DNA from: Candidatus Pacearchaeota archaeon
Lineage (GTDB): Archaea > Nanobdellota > Nanobdellia > Pacearchaeales > GW2011-AR1
Assembly (NCBI GenBank): GCA_018303755.1
Contig: JAGVXO010000007.1
Span: 295 to 64,294 of the forward strand
DNA length: 64,000 bases
Direction: 5' to 3'
Made by a program: the position numbers and the translations under genes. The notes under the pieces were generated by a model. It searched no databases and was not told where the DNA came from. It saw nothing but the letters and a program-made list of their open reading frames with translations. This document shows positions 48,113-57,833 of the stretch, piece after piece (position 1 is the first letter of the stretch; each line of letters opens with the position of its first letter).

Positions 48113-48478
48113 ATGTTTCAAAAATATGAAATGTCTGCCAAACCTTCTAATTTAGCTCCCGTTAACTTTACAGCTCAAAGAAAACATAAAAATAAAGATG
48201 GAACATTTGATTTTGAAGTCAAAGGAGATGATATTTATCTTGCCAATGATTTGCTTGTCGGTGCTTATGAAAATCTTTATGATACGGCTATTTTAGTTTC
48301 AGGAGATGAAGATTTTATTCCAGTAATCCATACATTAAAAAGATTAAACAAAAAAACAGAAAATGTCTTTTTTTCAAAAACTTCTTCTAAAAAACTAAGA
48401 AAACTTTGTGATAAAGCAGTAAATATTTTAAGTATAATTGATAAAATAAGATTAAATAAAAAGTCCGGTATTGTCTAA
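48113..48478 (+). CDS. NYN/LabA-like domain protein
   Basis: AILVSGDEDFIPVI matches the LabA/NYN (PIN-like) signature block. Confidence 0.45.
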   Translation: MFQKYEMSAKPSNLAPVNFTAQRKHKNKDGTFDFEVKGDDIYLANDLLVGAYENLYDTAILVSGDEDFIPVIHTLKRLNKKTENVFFSKTSSKKLRKLCDKAVNILSIIDKIRLNKKSGIV

Positions 48479-48632
48479 AAGACCATACCGGGAAAGTTAT
48501 TAGTAATATAATAATTAAGTACTTTTTAAACTCTTTTCTCGCTTTTTTATGGGCAATTTCCCCTTTTTATAGACAAAAAGCCCATTTATGGAATGTGTCC
48601 CAGATGTTTAAAATTATTTAAGAATTACCTTT

Positions 48633-49451
48633 TTATTTCAGACGTCTTATTGCGTCTTCTAAGTTTTTCTCTTTCTTTTTCAGTTTTCTTGCTTCTGCGC
48701 CAGAAATATAAGGGCTTGCGAGAGCTGATTGAACTCGCTCTAATTCTTTGCTTAACTCTGCTTTATTAACAATATCATTCATATCATAGCCTGCCTTTAT
48801 AGCGCCAACAATTATTGCTTCTCTTATTGTTTTATCAAATGCCAGAGCAATTATTGAAATTGCTGCAACAGCTATGTAAATCCAGCCTAAATTAAATGGC
48901 TCTGCTTCTAATTCTGTCCAGCGCATTGCTGCTAAAAAGAAATAGATAACTCCGAATGCAGTCCAGCCGAATTTTCTTAGAACTGTGCTGTCCAAGCTTT
49001 CTATGAAAAAGAAGAATATAATTAAAGGAAGAAGTGAAGATAGTGCTATGCCTAAAACCCCGTAAGGGAGCCAGATAAATTGTATGAGCTCTTCTGCTGT
49101 GAGATAGCGCGCAGCCATTAAAGCAATGATTACAGAGAGAATTTTTCCAAGCTGAGGATTTTCATTTATTCCAGGAACTCTTTTAAGAGCAACAACACAA
49201 ATAGCTAAAATTAAAAGAAAAATAAGGAATTTTATAAATACAATATTCATATCCCCGCCTACATCTCCTAAGACAAAACTTATTGTCGGCTCAAGCTGGC
49301 GAAATCCTTCTTCAAGTGAAAAGCCGCCAAAATTTCTTCCAAAGAATTGTGCACTTGCAAAATTAATTTGAAACATTGAAACAAGGAAGATAAAAGATAA
49401 GATTAACAAAAGATAAATTTGACGAGCACCTCGTTGCGAATTGAATTTCAT
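48633..49451 (-). CDS. multipass membrane protein, paralog family S (member 1)
   Basis: signal peptide, 4-5 TM, C-terminal charged coiled tail; clearly alignable with 49536..50399. Confidence 0.45.
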   Translation of the reverse strand: MKFNSQRGARQIYLLLILSFIFLVSMFQINFASAQFFGRNFGGFSLEEGFRQLEPTISFVLGDVGGDMNIVFIKFLIFLLILAICVVALKRVPGINENPQLGKILSVIIALMAARYLTAEELIQFIWLPYGVLGIALSSLLPLIIFFFFIESLDSTVLRKFGWTAFGVIYFFLAAMRWTELEAEPFNLGWIYIAVAAISIIALAFDKTIREAIIVGAIKAGYDMNDIVNKAELSKELERVQSALASPYISGAEARKLKKKEKNLEDAIRRLK

Positions 49452-49535
49452 AACATATCAAACATAAAGGAATTTAAAAAGGTTGTTGTGAACCAAGTTT
49501 TTCATTAGAATAATCTTTTATTCAATTTTGTAGAT

Positions 49536-50399
49536 TTAATATAACTCTTTTATTCTTCTTTCAATATCTCTAATTCTTTTTTTTATTTTTGATGCTTCTT
49601 TATTATTTGGAGCATTTGCAAGGGCTGTTGATAATCTTTTGATTTCTTCTCTTAACTCTCCTCTTGCTGTAAGATTTGCAGCACCTCTAGTTGCTTCTGC
49701 TTGTGAGCCAATAATCATCTTTCTTACTGGACGATCTAAAAATACCGCTAAAATTGCTAATACTGCGGTTATAAGATATACCCACCCTAAATTTGCAAAT
49801 ACTGGATTCACTTCTAGTCCAAAAATGCCATTTTGTCCCGTTGCTAAATCTTTCCATCTTAACATTGCTAACATTATATATACCAATGTAAATAAAGACC
49901 AACCAACTTTTCTTACAAGGGAAGCATCAAAACTCTCAATAAAGTAGAAGAAGATTATGAAGGGGAGTATACAGATTAATGTAATTCCAAGAACTCCTGT
50001 TGGTAACCATATAAATTCTATTAAGTAACTTTCGGAAAGAAGTCTAATTGCAAGTATAGAAGTAATAATTGAAATAATCCATGTTACTCCTGAATTATCT
50101 CCGAGTGTTGGAACTTGTCTTACTGCATAATAAATAATTGCCAATAAAATTATAAAGAATAAGAATTTTACAAGCAAAAGTTCGCCTGTAGGCGTATCAC
50201 CGAGAAACCATTTTAATATCGGTTCTGTATTCATAGCTACACCATTAAGAAAAGTAGTAACTAAATTTGTGATTGCGCCAGGAGTATTTTTAACTCCTTG
50301 ATTTGAATTTTGCACATTTGTAGCAGCAAAAGCAAAAGACGAAGCTAATACAAGCATTAAGAAAAATCCGAAGATTGCCACACTCTTTTTTTTGCTCAT
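49536..50399 (-). CDS. multipass membrane protein, paralog family S (member 2)
   Basis: LLLVKFLFFIILLAIIYYAV...FIWLPTGVLGITL...FIESFDASLVRKVGW aligns with member 1. Confidence 0.45.
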   Translation of the reverse strand: MSKKKSVAIFGFFLMLVLASSFAFAATNVQNSNQGVKNTPGAITNLVTTFLNGVAMNTEPILKWFLGDTPTGELLLVKFLFFIILLAIIYYAVRQVPTLGDNSGVTWIISIITSILAIRLLSESYLIEFIWLPTGVLGITLICILPFIIFFYFIESFDASLVRKVGWSLFTLVYIMLAMLRWKDLATGQNGIFGLEVNPVFANLGWVYLITAVLAILAVFLDRPVRKMIIGSQAEATRGAANLTARGELREEIKRLSTALANAPNNKEASKIKKRIRDIERRIKELY

Positions 50400-50439
50400 G
50401 TTAATTCTATATCTTTATGCTTTATAAAGTTTTCTTTGT

Positions 50440-50940
50440 TTTTGGGCGTTTTTGGTTTTATCAATCAAAGATTTTCAAATGAATCAATGTACTTGCAAGT
50501 AGAGCGCAATATTTATTTTGCTAACATACCATAACTTTCCATTATTTTAAGTTTGTTCATTGGTGCTTTTTTTAATATCTCTCAGTTAAATCTCAGAAGA
50601 ACAAATGAATCAATTGGCGTAAGATTTGAGAAATAGATAAGTGAGTGAAGCGAACCAAAATAAAGCGAGCCCGAAGGGCGAGCGATTGCACGAGCTAAAA
50701 AAAGTTGATACAATGAGTGCAATCGTGAGCAGAGCACAATATTTATTTTATTAACATCCCATTCTTTTTACTTATTTTAAGTTTGTTCATGGGTGTTTTT
50801 TATTTAAGGCATGTAAATTTCAATCTGCTCATGGAAAAGGATTAGCAGAATAAAATAAGCGCGAAGCGCGAACCATTAATTGCACTTATGGCGAGCCCGC
50901 AGGCGAGCGAGTTTGCTTTTATTAGAAAAGTGCGAAATGT
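50440..50940 (+). repeat. composite intergenic repeat R1, about 2 tandem units between divergent genes
   Basis: two A/C blocks (ttattttaagtttgttcat at about 50545 and 50778) and GC blocks (50640-50700; 50855-50920). Confidence 0.75.
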
Positions 50941-50968
50941 TTATAAATATCTTATTTGTAGGTAAGTT

Positions 50969-51784
50969 ATGAAAAAAGAGAACAGGAATATTTATGTTAA
51001 TCTCCTTATCATAGTTTTGTTAATTTCTATGTTTGTTTTGAGTGTGGAGATGGTGAGTGCAGAAACTATCCTTCAAAAATTTGTTTCTGATATTTCTTTT
51101 GGAAATATAAACCTAACATTTTTAGATGAGGGTTTAAAATTTGGTGAAAATATTTGGTTTGTCAGAGTTTTATTTTTTCTATTAGTTGCTTTAATTATTT
51201 ATGCAGTTTCTGATTTTATTCCAATTTTCGAGGAGCATAAATATGCTGGAGGGATTGTTTCGGTTATTATTGCTATACTTGCTACTTTTTATTTATCAAA
51301 TCAAGAAGTTTATACTATTCTTTTATCTTATAATGCTTTGGGAATTGCTTTAACCTCAATTATTCCATTTATGGTAATTTTAGCAATTTCCAAAAAATTT
51401 CATGATAAAGGGCATACCTCTTTTAGCAAAGTTATTTGGATTTTTTTCATCGGTTTTCTATTTTACAGGTGGGCATTTGCAGATTCTACCGAACTTGGAA
51501 TTTTTGGAATGTATGCATATCCTGTAATAATTGGCTTGTCTTTTATTTTATTCTTATGGGAGAATAGACTTTGGTTCCTTCTTTTTAAAACGGAATTAAG
51601 AGGATATGCAGATACAGCTAGAGAAAATGCTGTAGCAAGAATAACTGCCGATTTGGATAGACTTGTTAAAAGAATTGAAGATACAGATAATAATACCGTT
51701 AAGGAGAGATTAATTTCTCAACACGATAAAATGGCAGAAAAGGCTAGAGAACTTGGGGTTCGGTGGAAAAATTGGGGACATTAA
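50969..51784 (+). CDS. multipass membrane protein, paralog family S (member 3, divergent)
   Basis: same architecture: signal, WFVRVLFFLLVALIIYAV..., C-terminal helical charged tail. Confidence 0.4.
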   Translation: MKKENRNIYVNLLIIVLLISMFVLSVEMVSAETILQKFVSDISFGNINLTFLDEGLKFGENIWFVRVLFFLLVALIIYAVSDFIPIFEEHKYAGGIVSVIIAILATFYLSNQEVYTILLSYNALGIALTSIIPFMVILAISKKFHDKGHTSFSKVIWIFFIGFLFYRWAFADSTELGIFGMYAYPVIIGLSFILFLWENRLWFLLFKTELRGYADTARENAVARITADLDRLVKRIEDTDNNTVKERLISQHDKMAEKARELGVRWKNWGH

Positions 51785-52170
51785 TGAATTCTTTTTTTTA
51801 ACAACCCTTAAACTCCTCCCTTATTAATCCAATTTTCGGCGTTTGGAAATCTAAACTCCACTCGTTCCTTTTTGTTCTCATCTTGTTTTTTGTTTTATTT
51901 TTGAAAGCCATGCTCCTATGCCTCGTGTCTCGTGCTGAGGCGCTTGCGCTTCGCTTAAAGGAACATTTATAACCATGTGTTAATATAATTTAACAGATGT
52001 TAAAAGAAATTAACAGGCTTGCTGTGTTTTTTGGGAATTGTTCTTTTTAATGGATGTATTGGCTTTGTCTAAAAGATTATATTCAGGATGTTTAATAGTT
52101 TATATTACCAATATACAATAGTTTATATTGAGAATAGAAAGCTTTAAAAATATGTGCTCTTATAATAATT

Positions 52171-53388
52171 ATGCTATCAAAAGAAATATTGAGCAATGTG
52201 ATTATTTCACAAAGAGAATTTTTGGATAGTTTAGAACAAGGGACTATAAGAGAAAAAAGCAGGGAAATAAATATAGAAGATTCTTTTGCATTGATAATTA
52301 CAGGAGTAAGAAGATGTGGAAAAAGCACCCTTCTTTATCAATTGCTGAAGAAACAAAAAAAAGGATATTATCTTAATTTAGAAGATCCCCGTTTAGGCGG
52401 ATTTGATTTTTCGGATTTTAATAAAGTTGAGATGATTATGAAAGAAATTTATGGCAATGGAGGAATTTATTTTTTTGATGAAATACAAGTTATTCCTGAA
52501 TGGGAGAGGTTTGTAAGATATTTAGTTGATAAAAAAGAGAAAGTTGTTTTAACCGGTTCTAATGCTTCTATACTCAGCAGAGAACTTGGAACAAAATTAA
52601 CTGGCAGGCATATCTCAATAGAGTTATTTCCATTTTCATTTAGAGAATTCCTTAATATTAAAAAACAGGAACCTTCAATTTATTCTTTTGAAGAATATCT
52701 GATTAAAGGAGGTTTCCCTGAATATCTCAAAAAAGAAAATCCTGAGATTCTTCATGAATTATTATCTGATGTTGTAATGAAAGATATTGCTGCGAGATTT
52801 AAAATAAAAAACACAGCAATTCTAAATAAGATAGTAATTTATTTAATAAGCAATATAGGAAAAGAATTTTCATATAATTCAATTAAGAAAATGTTTGAAA
52901 TTAAATCTATAAAAACAGTCATAGATTATATATCTTTTTTTGAGAATGCTTATCTTATTTTTACTATACCCAGATTTAGCTATTCATTCAAACAACAACA
53001 AGTAAATCCTAAAAAAGTTTACTCTATAGATAACGGCTTTTCTTTTAATAACTCCGCGTCATTTTCAAAGGATTATGGAAAAATGCTTGAAAATTTAGTA
53101 TTTTTGGATTTAAGGACAAAATATAAAGAAATTTTTTATTTTCAAGAAATGCAGGAATGTGACTTTATTATAAAAGAAAAAACAAAAGTCATAAAGGCAA
53201 TACAGGTATGCTTTGATTTTAATGAAGATAATAAAGATAGGGAAATAAACGGGCTAATAAAAGCAATGGAAAAATTTAATTTAAAAGAAGGAATAATTTT
53301 AACGAATAAGCAAGAAGATGAGTTTAAATTAAAAGATAAAACAATAAAGATTTTGCCTGTATGGAAATGGCTCCTGAAAAATAATTAA
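52171..53388 (+). CDS. AAA+ ATPase with C-terminal DUF4143-like domain
   Basis: Walker A GVRRCGKSTLL, Walker B IYFFDEIQ; length and C-terminal pattern typical of archaeal 'ATPase (AAA+ superfamily)' proteins. Confidence 0.55.
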   Translation: MLSKEILSNVIISQREFLDSLEQGTIREKSREINIEDSFALIITGVRRCGKSTLLYQLLKKQKKGYYLNLEDPRLGGFDFSDFNKVEMIMKEIYGNGGIYFFDEIQVIPEWERFVRYLVDKKEKVVLTGSNASILSRELGTKLTGRHISIELFPFSFREFLNIKKQEPSIYSFEEYLIKGGFPEYLKKENPEILHELLSDVVMKDIAARFKIKNTAILNKIVIYLISNIGKEFSYNSIKKMFEIKSIKTVIDYISFFENAYLIFTIPRFSYSFKQQQVNPKKVYSIDNGFSFNNSASFSKDYGKMLENLVFLDLRTKYKEIFYFQEMQECDFIIKEKTKVIKAIQVCFDFNEDNKDREINGLIKAMEKFNLKEGIILTNKQEDEFKLKDKTIKILPVWKWLLKNN

Positions 53389-53407
53389 ATACAGAGATTA
53401 AGATACT

Positions 53408-53692
53408 ATGAAAAAACAAACAGAAGATAAGAATTATGAAATTAAATTTTGGAAGGATTGGCTTAATGCAAATTTATTAGAAAGGGAAAAACTTGTTGAA
53501 AAACTCCCGATAGTTAAAAATATCTGGGGAATGGTAAAACTGCCAGAAAAACCAAGAAAACAATGCTTTGTTTCGATGCTTAATGGTTTTTTTGAAGATC
53601 TTGAATCAGCAGTTTATACTAAAATTAGAATTGAAAATAAAAAAGTATTAAAAAACAAAGGTATTAGAAAGCAGGATAATAAAAGAGAGTAA
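53408..53692 (+). CDS. small basic protein
   Basis: 94-aa Lys-rich ORF. Confidence 0.25.
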   Translation: MKKQTEDKNYEIKFWKDWLNANLLEREKLVEKLPIVKNIWGMVKLPEKPRKQCFVSMLNGFFEDLESAVYTKIRIENKKVLKNKGIRKQDNKRE

Positions 53693-53734
53693 AAATCATA
53701 ATATACCGAAAGAATTAAAAGATAATTTGATTAA

Positions 53735-54457
53735 TTGTATTGTAATGGAGAGGTATTTCAAGGTGATAAAATGAAAAAAAATTGGGCATTTATTTTATCT
53801 GTCGTGCTTTTTGCATTATTCTTTTCTTTTTCTGCAAGTGTGCAGGCATTAGAAGATATTAAAATTAATCCTGATGATCCGCTTGGCATAGGTATTAATT
53901 CTGATAATCTTAATTCTGGAGATCTTGTTGGAAGCGCAAGCGACAAATGGCAGTATCTTCAGCAGGAATGGACAAAGATTTTAATGCAGAATCCAGCAGT
54001 TGTTGGAATTGACACTTTTTTCAAGCAATTTAATATTGTATTTGTGATTTTATTTGCAGAGCAGTATGCTATGCTTTCTCCTGTTTTATGGCTTGTTGTT
54101 GTGCTTTGGATTTTGATTGCTGCAGGCACCAGTGATTTAATAAGAGGGCAATTTGGGATGGACTTTGTAATTTCATTTTTGCTTGGAGTTATCACAACAG
54201 TAATTTTTGCACAGATGAAAATTTTCCGCTTTTTTGCAGAGCTTATGCTGAAAGTTGCCTTTACACCAGAGTTATGGTATGTTCGCCTGATTGTATGGCT
54301 TATTATTTTTGCTGTTGTTTTTGCAATTTTTCAGGGTTTTAAGATTTTAAGCAAGCACCTTAAGGAATCACGGCTTGCAAAGGCTGAGAAAGAGACAGCA
54401 CACAGACAAAAAGAATTAAAAACATATACTGATGCAGCAAAAAAAGATAAAGCATAA
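53735..54457 (+). CDS. multipass membrane protein with C-terminal charged tail (possible family S relative)
   Basis: signal peptide (probable start MKKNWAFIL at 53771), 4 TM, Lys/Glu tail. Confidence 0.35.
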   Translation: MYCNGEVFQGDKMKKNWAFILSVVLFALFFSFSASVQALEDIKINPDDPLGIGINSDNLNSGDLVGSASDKWQYLQQEWTKILMQNPAVVGIDTFFKQFNIVFVILFAEQYAMLSPVLWLVVVLWILIAAGTSDLIRGQFGMDFVISFLLGVITTVIFAQMKIFRFFAELMLKVAFTPELWYVRLIVWLIIFAVVFAIFQGFKILSKHLKESRLAKAEKETAHRQKELKTYTDAAKKDKA

Positions 54458-54615
54458 AATAGAATTTGAAGATGAAGAATTAAGCAAAGAAGAGATTAAA
54501 GAGATAAAAATAGGTTTAAAAAATATTGAAAAAGGAGAGGTTCAGTCAATAGAACAAGTTGCAAAAGATATGGGTATTTTGCTTAAAGAGAAAAAGATTA
54601 GGTAATTTTAAAAAA

Positions 54616-55254
54616 CTAAGGGATTCTTGTTTCTTTGATTATTCTTGCTTCTGCATTCATCTGTGCAACATCTCTCCCTTTCATTTCTGCTTCTGCAAGT
54701 CCTGTTTTATGTTCTATTAATCTTATGATTATTGATAGTCCGTATGCCAGAAGCGCAACTATTCCAAGCGCAACCACAACTGCCAATGCAGGCCATTTGC
54801 TTAGAATATTAAACATATTTGCAAGATTGAGAAAAAATGTTGATACTTCAAGTATTGCTCCGCTTACACCAACAAGCGCAGTAACTATAAATGCAATTGC
54901 ATATCTTTGCAAACCTTCATTTGCAAAAGGCATTGATTTTAATATCTCTGAAATAAGGACAGCAAGACAAATAAAAACTCCAATTATGATAATTAGCAGC
55001 TGAAGAGGAATTTCTCCTTGTATCCCAAATAAGATTCTTGCAGGAATTTGATATTTTTCAGGCACTTGTATTGAGCGGTCAAAGTTGAAATCAATTTTGC
55101 CTATTGTAGAACTTAGGTCTACGCCCCTTGTAATTGAGGTATTGTTTGTAAGAGAATTATTTGTTTCATTTTGCGCACTGGCTAAATTTAGAACACTCAA
55201 AAAACTTAAAAGTAATATTGATAGAAACAAAAGGGATTGGATTTGCCTGTTCAT
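54616..55254 (-). CDS. multipass membrane protein with C-terminal charged tail (possible family S relative)
   Basis: signal peptide, N-rich ectodomain, 4 TM, LAEAEMKGRDVAQ tail. Confidence 0.35.
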   Translation of the reverse strand: MNRQIQSLLFLSILLLSFLSVLNLASAQNETNNSLTNNTSITRGVDLSSTIGKIDFNFDRSIQVPEKYQIPARILFGIQGEIPLQLLIIIIGVFICLAVLISEILKSMPFANEGLQRYAIAFIVTALVGVSGAILEVSTFFLNLANMFNILSKWPALAVVVALGIVALLAYGLSIIIRLIEHKTGLAEAEMKGRDVAQMNAEARIIKETRIP

Positions 55255-55289
55255 AGAATAAACAGCTTTTTTTTGTTTATATTTCTTTC

Positions 55290-55560
55290 TCTGCCTTGAT
55301 TTATATTGGCTCTGCTCGCGATTGCACTAATTGTATATTCTTCTTTGGCTTGTGTAATTGCTCGCCTGCTACTCGCGATTGCACTCATTATATCTCCTTC
55401 ATTAGCTCGTGCAATCGCTCGCCCTTCGGGCTCGCTATAAATGTACTTAATGGCTCGGCTTCGCCTCGCTTATTTTATTTTGCAAATCCCACTTCATGAG
55501 CACATTGATTATTGGGTGCTTTTAATTGATAATGTAAAAAAGAAAAGATAAATGAAAAGA
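55290..55560 (-). repeat. composite intergenic repeat R1 (minus orientation)
   Basis: reverse complement contains gagcgagcccgaagggcgagcgattgcacgagc and A-block aaacatgccattcctttcctgcattttacctcttttcat. Confidence 0.7.
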
Positions 55561-55599
55561 GGTAAAATGCAGGAAAGGAATGGCATGTTTAAAAAATAA

Positions 55600-55872
55600 C
55601 TAAAAGCTAATTCTTCTGAAGTCAATTATTTCTGTTGAGCTTACATTTTCTATTGCCCTTAGCGCCTCTTCCAAAGGATCCTGATCTGAATTTTCGTCCC
55701 AGGCAAATGTGATTATAATGGAATTAAGCCCAAATGCAATCGGCTCTTTTTCTGTTTTTGCCACCTTGCCGTGATATTCCATTATTATTTTTACTGCAGA
55801 ACTCTCTATGGCTTCCAGGTCTGCGTCTGGAGAAGTGGGCATTATCCTTATTTTTACTGCTGCGTCTCCCAT
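55600..55872 (-). CDS. translation elongation factor 1-beta (aEF-1beta)
   Basis: 89 aa; AVKIRIMPTSPDADLEAIE...EPIAFGL matches the archaeal EF-1beta signature. Confidence 0.7.
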   Translation of the reverse strand: MGDAAVKIRIMPTSPDADLEAIESSAVKIIMEYHGKVAKTEKEPIAFGLNSIIITFAWDENSDQDPLEEALRAIENVSSTEIIDFRRISF

Positions 55873-56165
55873 AGCTATTTGAGTTAAATTTGCTTTTTAA
55901 GGATTTTGGTTTAAACCGGCAACTTATCTTCTTGCAGAGTATCCTTAGTCAGTGCTTTTCTTTAGACTTCTTACACCTTTCTAATATTTTGGGTTTAATT
56001 GAAGTTTATCTAACTATCTATAATTGTATAAGTAAAAATAAATTCTAGATTTTTAAGTTTTTAATAAAACTCAGCTATCACAATACTTAAAAATGGCCGA
56101 TGTTTTTTTAAGGAGTTCTCTAAAAGAGCACGTTAAAAAAAGATTAAAATAAGGGGTAAAATAAA

Positions 56166-57101
56166 ATGCTTCAAAATTATCAGCAAATTGCGGAAAAGAT
56201 TTCAAGAGCATCAGGTTTATCTATAGATGAGATAGACAGGAGAGTTGAGGCAAAGTGCGCGAAACTTTCTGGATTGATTTCAAAAGAGGGAAGTGCGCAG
56301 ATTGTTGCATCTGAACTTGGAATTTCATTTGAAAAAGAAAAAATGAAGGTATCTGAGCTTGCAGCAGGAATGAAAAGAGTTAATATTTTGGGCAAAATAA
56401 TTACAGAGCCAATGATAAGGAGTTATTCTAAAAATGGGCGAGAGGGCAAGGTTGCATCTTTGACTGTTGCAGATGAGACAGGGAATATAAGGGTTGTTTT
56501 GTGGGATACAAATCACATAGGGCTGTTTGAATCAGGAAAAATAAAACAGGGCAATACTGTTGAAATATCAAATGCTGCGGTCAGAAATGATGAGCTGCAT
56601 TTATCCGGTTTTTCTTATATCAAGCCGAGCACAGAAAATATTGAAAATGTGAATACAGAAATAAGTGTGCATGAGAAAAAGATATCAGAACTTGCTTCTG
56701 GGCAGAATGCTGTTGTTCGGGCTTTTCTTGTCCAGATTTTTGAGCCGAGGTTTTTTGATGTCTGCCCAGAATGTGGAAAAAAAGCTGCGAATAATTTATG
56801 CGCTGTTCATGGGAATGTTATTTCAAGAAAAAGGGCGCTTGTGGGAGTTGTGCTTGATGACGGATATGAAAACATGAGGGGAGTGATGTTTAATGAGCAG
56901 ATAGAAAATTTAGGAATAACAAATGAAGAACTTGAAAATCCTGAGTTATTTTTCAAGAAAAGAGAGGCGCTTATTGGAGAAGAGGCGTTTTTTACAGTTA
57001 ATGTAAGAAATAACAACCTTTTTAATACAACAGAGCTTATTGTGAATAATATAGAGAGAATTGACATTGATAGATTGATTAACTCTCTGCAGACGAAGTA
57101 A
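56166..57101 (+). CDS. replication protein A-like ssDNA-binding protein (OB folds + zinc ribbon)
   Basis: OB-fold block VASLTVADETGNIRVVLWD and CPECGKK...C..H zinc ribbon. Confidence 0.5.
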   Translation: MLQNYQQIAEKISRASGLSIDEIDRRVEAKCAKLSGLISKEGSAQIVASELGISFEKEKMKVSELAAGMKRVNILGKIITEPMIRSYSKNGREGKVASLTVADETGNIRVVLWDTNHIGLFESGKIKQGNTVEISNAAVRNDELHLSGFSYIKPSTENIENVNTEISVHEKKISELASGQNAVVRAFLVQIFEPRFFDVCPECGKKAANNLCAVHGNVISRKRALVGVVLDDGYENMRGVMFNEQIENLGITNEELENPELFFKKREALIGEEAFFTVNVRNNNLFNTTELIVNNIERIDIDRLINSLQTK

Positions 57102-57116
57102 AGAGGTTGAAAGAAA

Positions 57117-57569
57117 ATGATGTTTAAAACTCATTTGGCAATTGGAATTTTTGCAATTATTTTGTTTTTACCAATCGTCAGCGATGTTTTTATTTTTGTG
57201 CCCATTGCCCTTGCAGCTTCTGTTCTTCCTGACATTGACACGAATTTTTCAAAAGTCGGGAAATCAAAGCCTGCCAAAGTTGTTCAGGTTTTTACAGAAC
57301 ACAGAGGTTTTTTACATAGCTTAACTATTTGCATTTTAATTTCTTTACTTCTTGCTGTCTTCCTCCCTGTTGCTGCTTTTGGTTTTTTTCTCGGATATTC
57401 GCTTCATTTAATATCAGACAGCTTTACTAAAATGGGCATAACTCCATTTTGGCCTTATTCAAAAAAAGCGCAGGGATTTATCAGCACAGGTGGAGTAACT
57501 GAAAAAACAATTTTTGTTATATTTGTGTTTATAGATATTATTGCTTTTGCAGTTTTGATGCTGAAGTAA
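57117..57569 (+). CDS. membrane-bound metal-dependent hydrolase (DUF457/YdjM-like)
   Basis: 4 TM with conserved D/H residues (DIDTNF, HRGFLHS, HLISD). Confidence 0.4.
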   Translation: MMFKTHLAIGIFAIILFLPIVSDVFIFVPIALAASVLPDIDTNFSKVGKSKPAKVVQVFTEHRGFLHSLTICILISLLLAVFLPVAAFGFFLGYSLHLISDSFTKMGITPFWPYSKKAQGFISTGGVTEKTIFVIFVFIDIIAFAVLMLK

Positions 57570-57800
57570 GTTATTTTGTAATGGTGCGCTTCGCGCACTT
57601 ATCAAATATTCTGCAAATCTGCTAATCCGCGGATACATTGATTCTTTATATTTTTAAAAGGATATTTAATTAAAATATGGGATAATTAAAATTAAAATAA
57701 TAAAACTTCAATAAAAAGATGTTAAATAAGGGAAAAGAATGGGATGTTAGAGACATTTAAGTTTATCTTGCTATTTTTAACACTATCCTGCGACTGAAAT
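57570..57800 (-). repeat. composite intergenic repeat R1 (minus orientation)
   Basis: reverse complement: ctaacatcccattcttttcccttatttaacatcttttt...aatcaatgtatccgcggattagcagatttgcagaatatttgataagtgcgcgaagcgcac. Confidence 0.7.
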
Positions 57801-57833
57801 AATCTTTATAAATGCGCGTTGTGAAGGGTATTT

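Noticed and set aside
51840-51970. Possible degenerate R1 copy (gcgcttgcgcttcgc ...) downstream of gene 50969..51784
   Set aside because: Only the short GCGAAGCG-like motif and general AT-rich context match, so it was not counted among the confident copies.
10262-57800. Possibility that the R1/D repeats form a CRISPR array
   Set aside because: Units are 120-250 bp composite blocks at scattered intergenic sites in both orientations. There is no short (24-48 bp) direct repeat with regular spacer periodicity and no cas genes are present.
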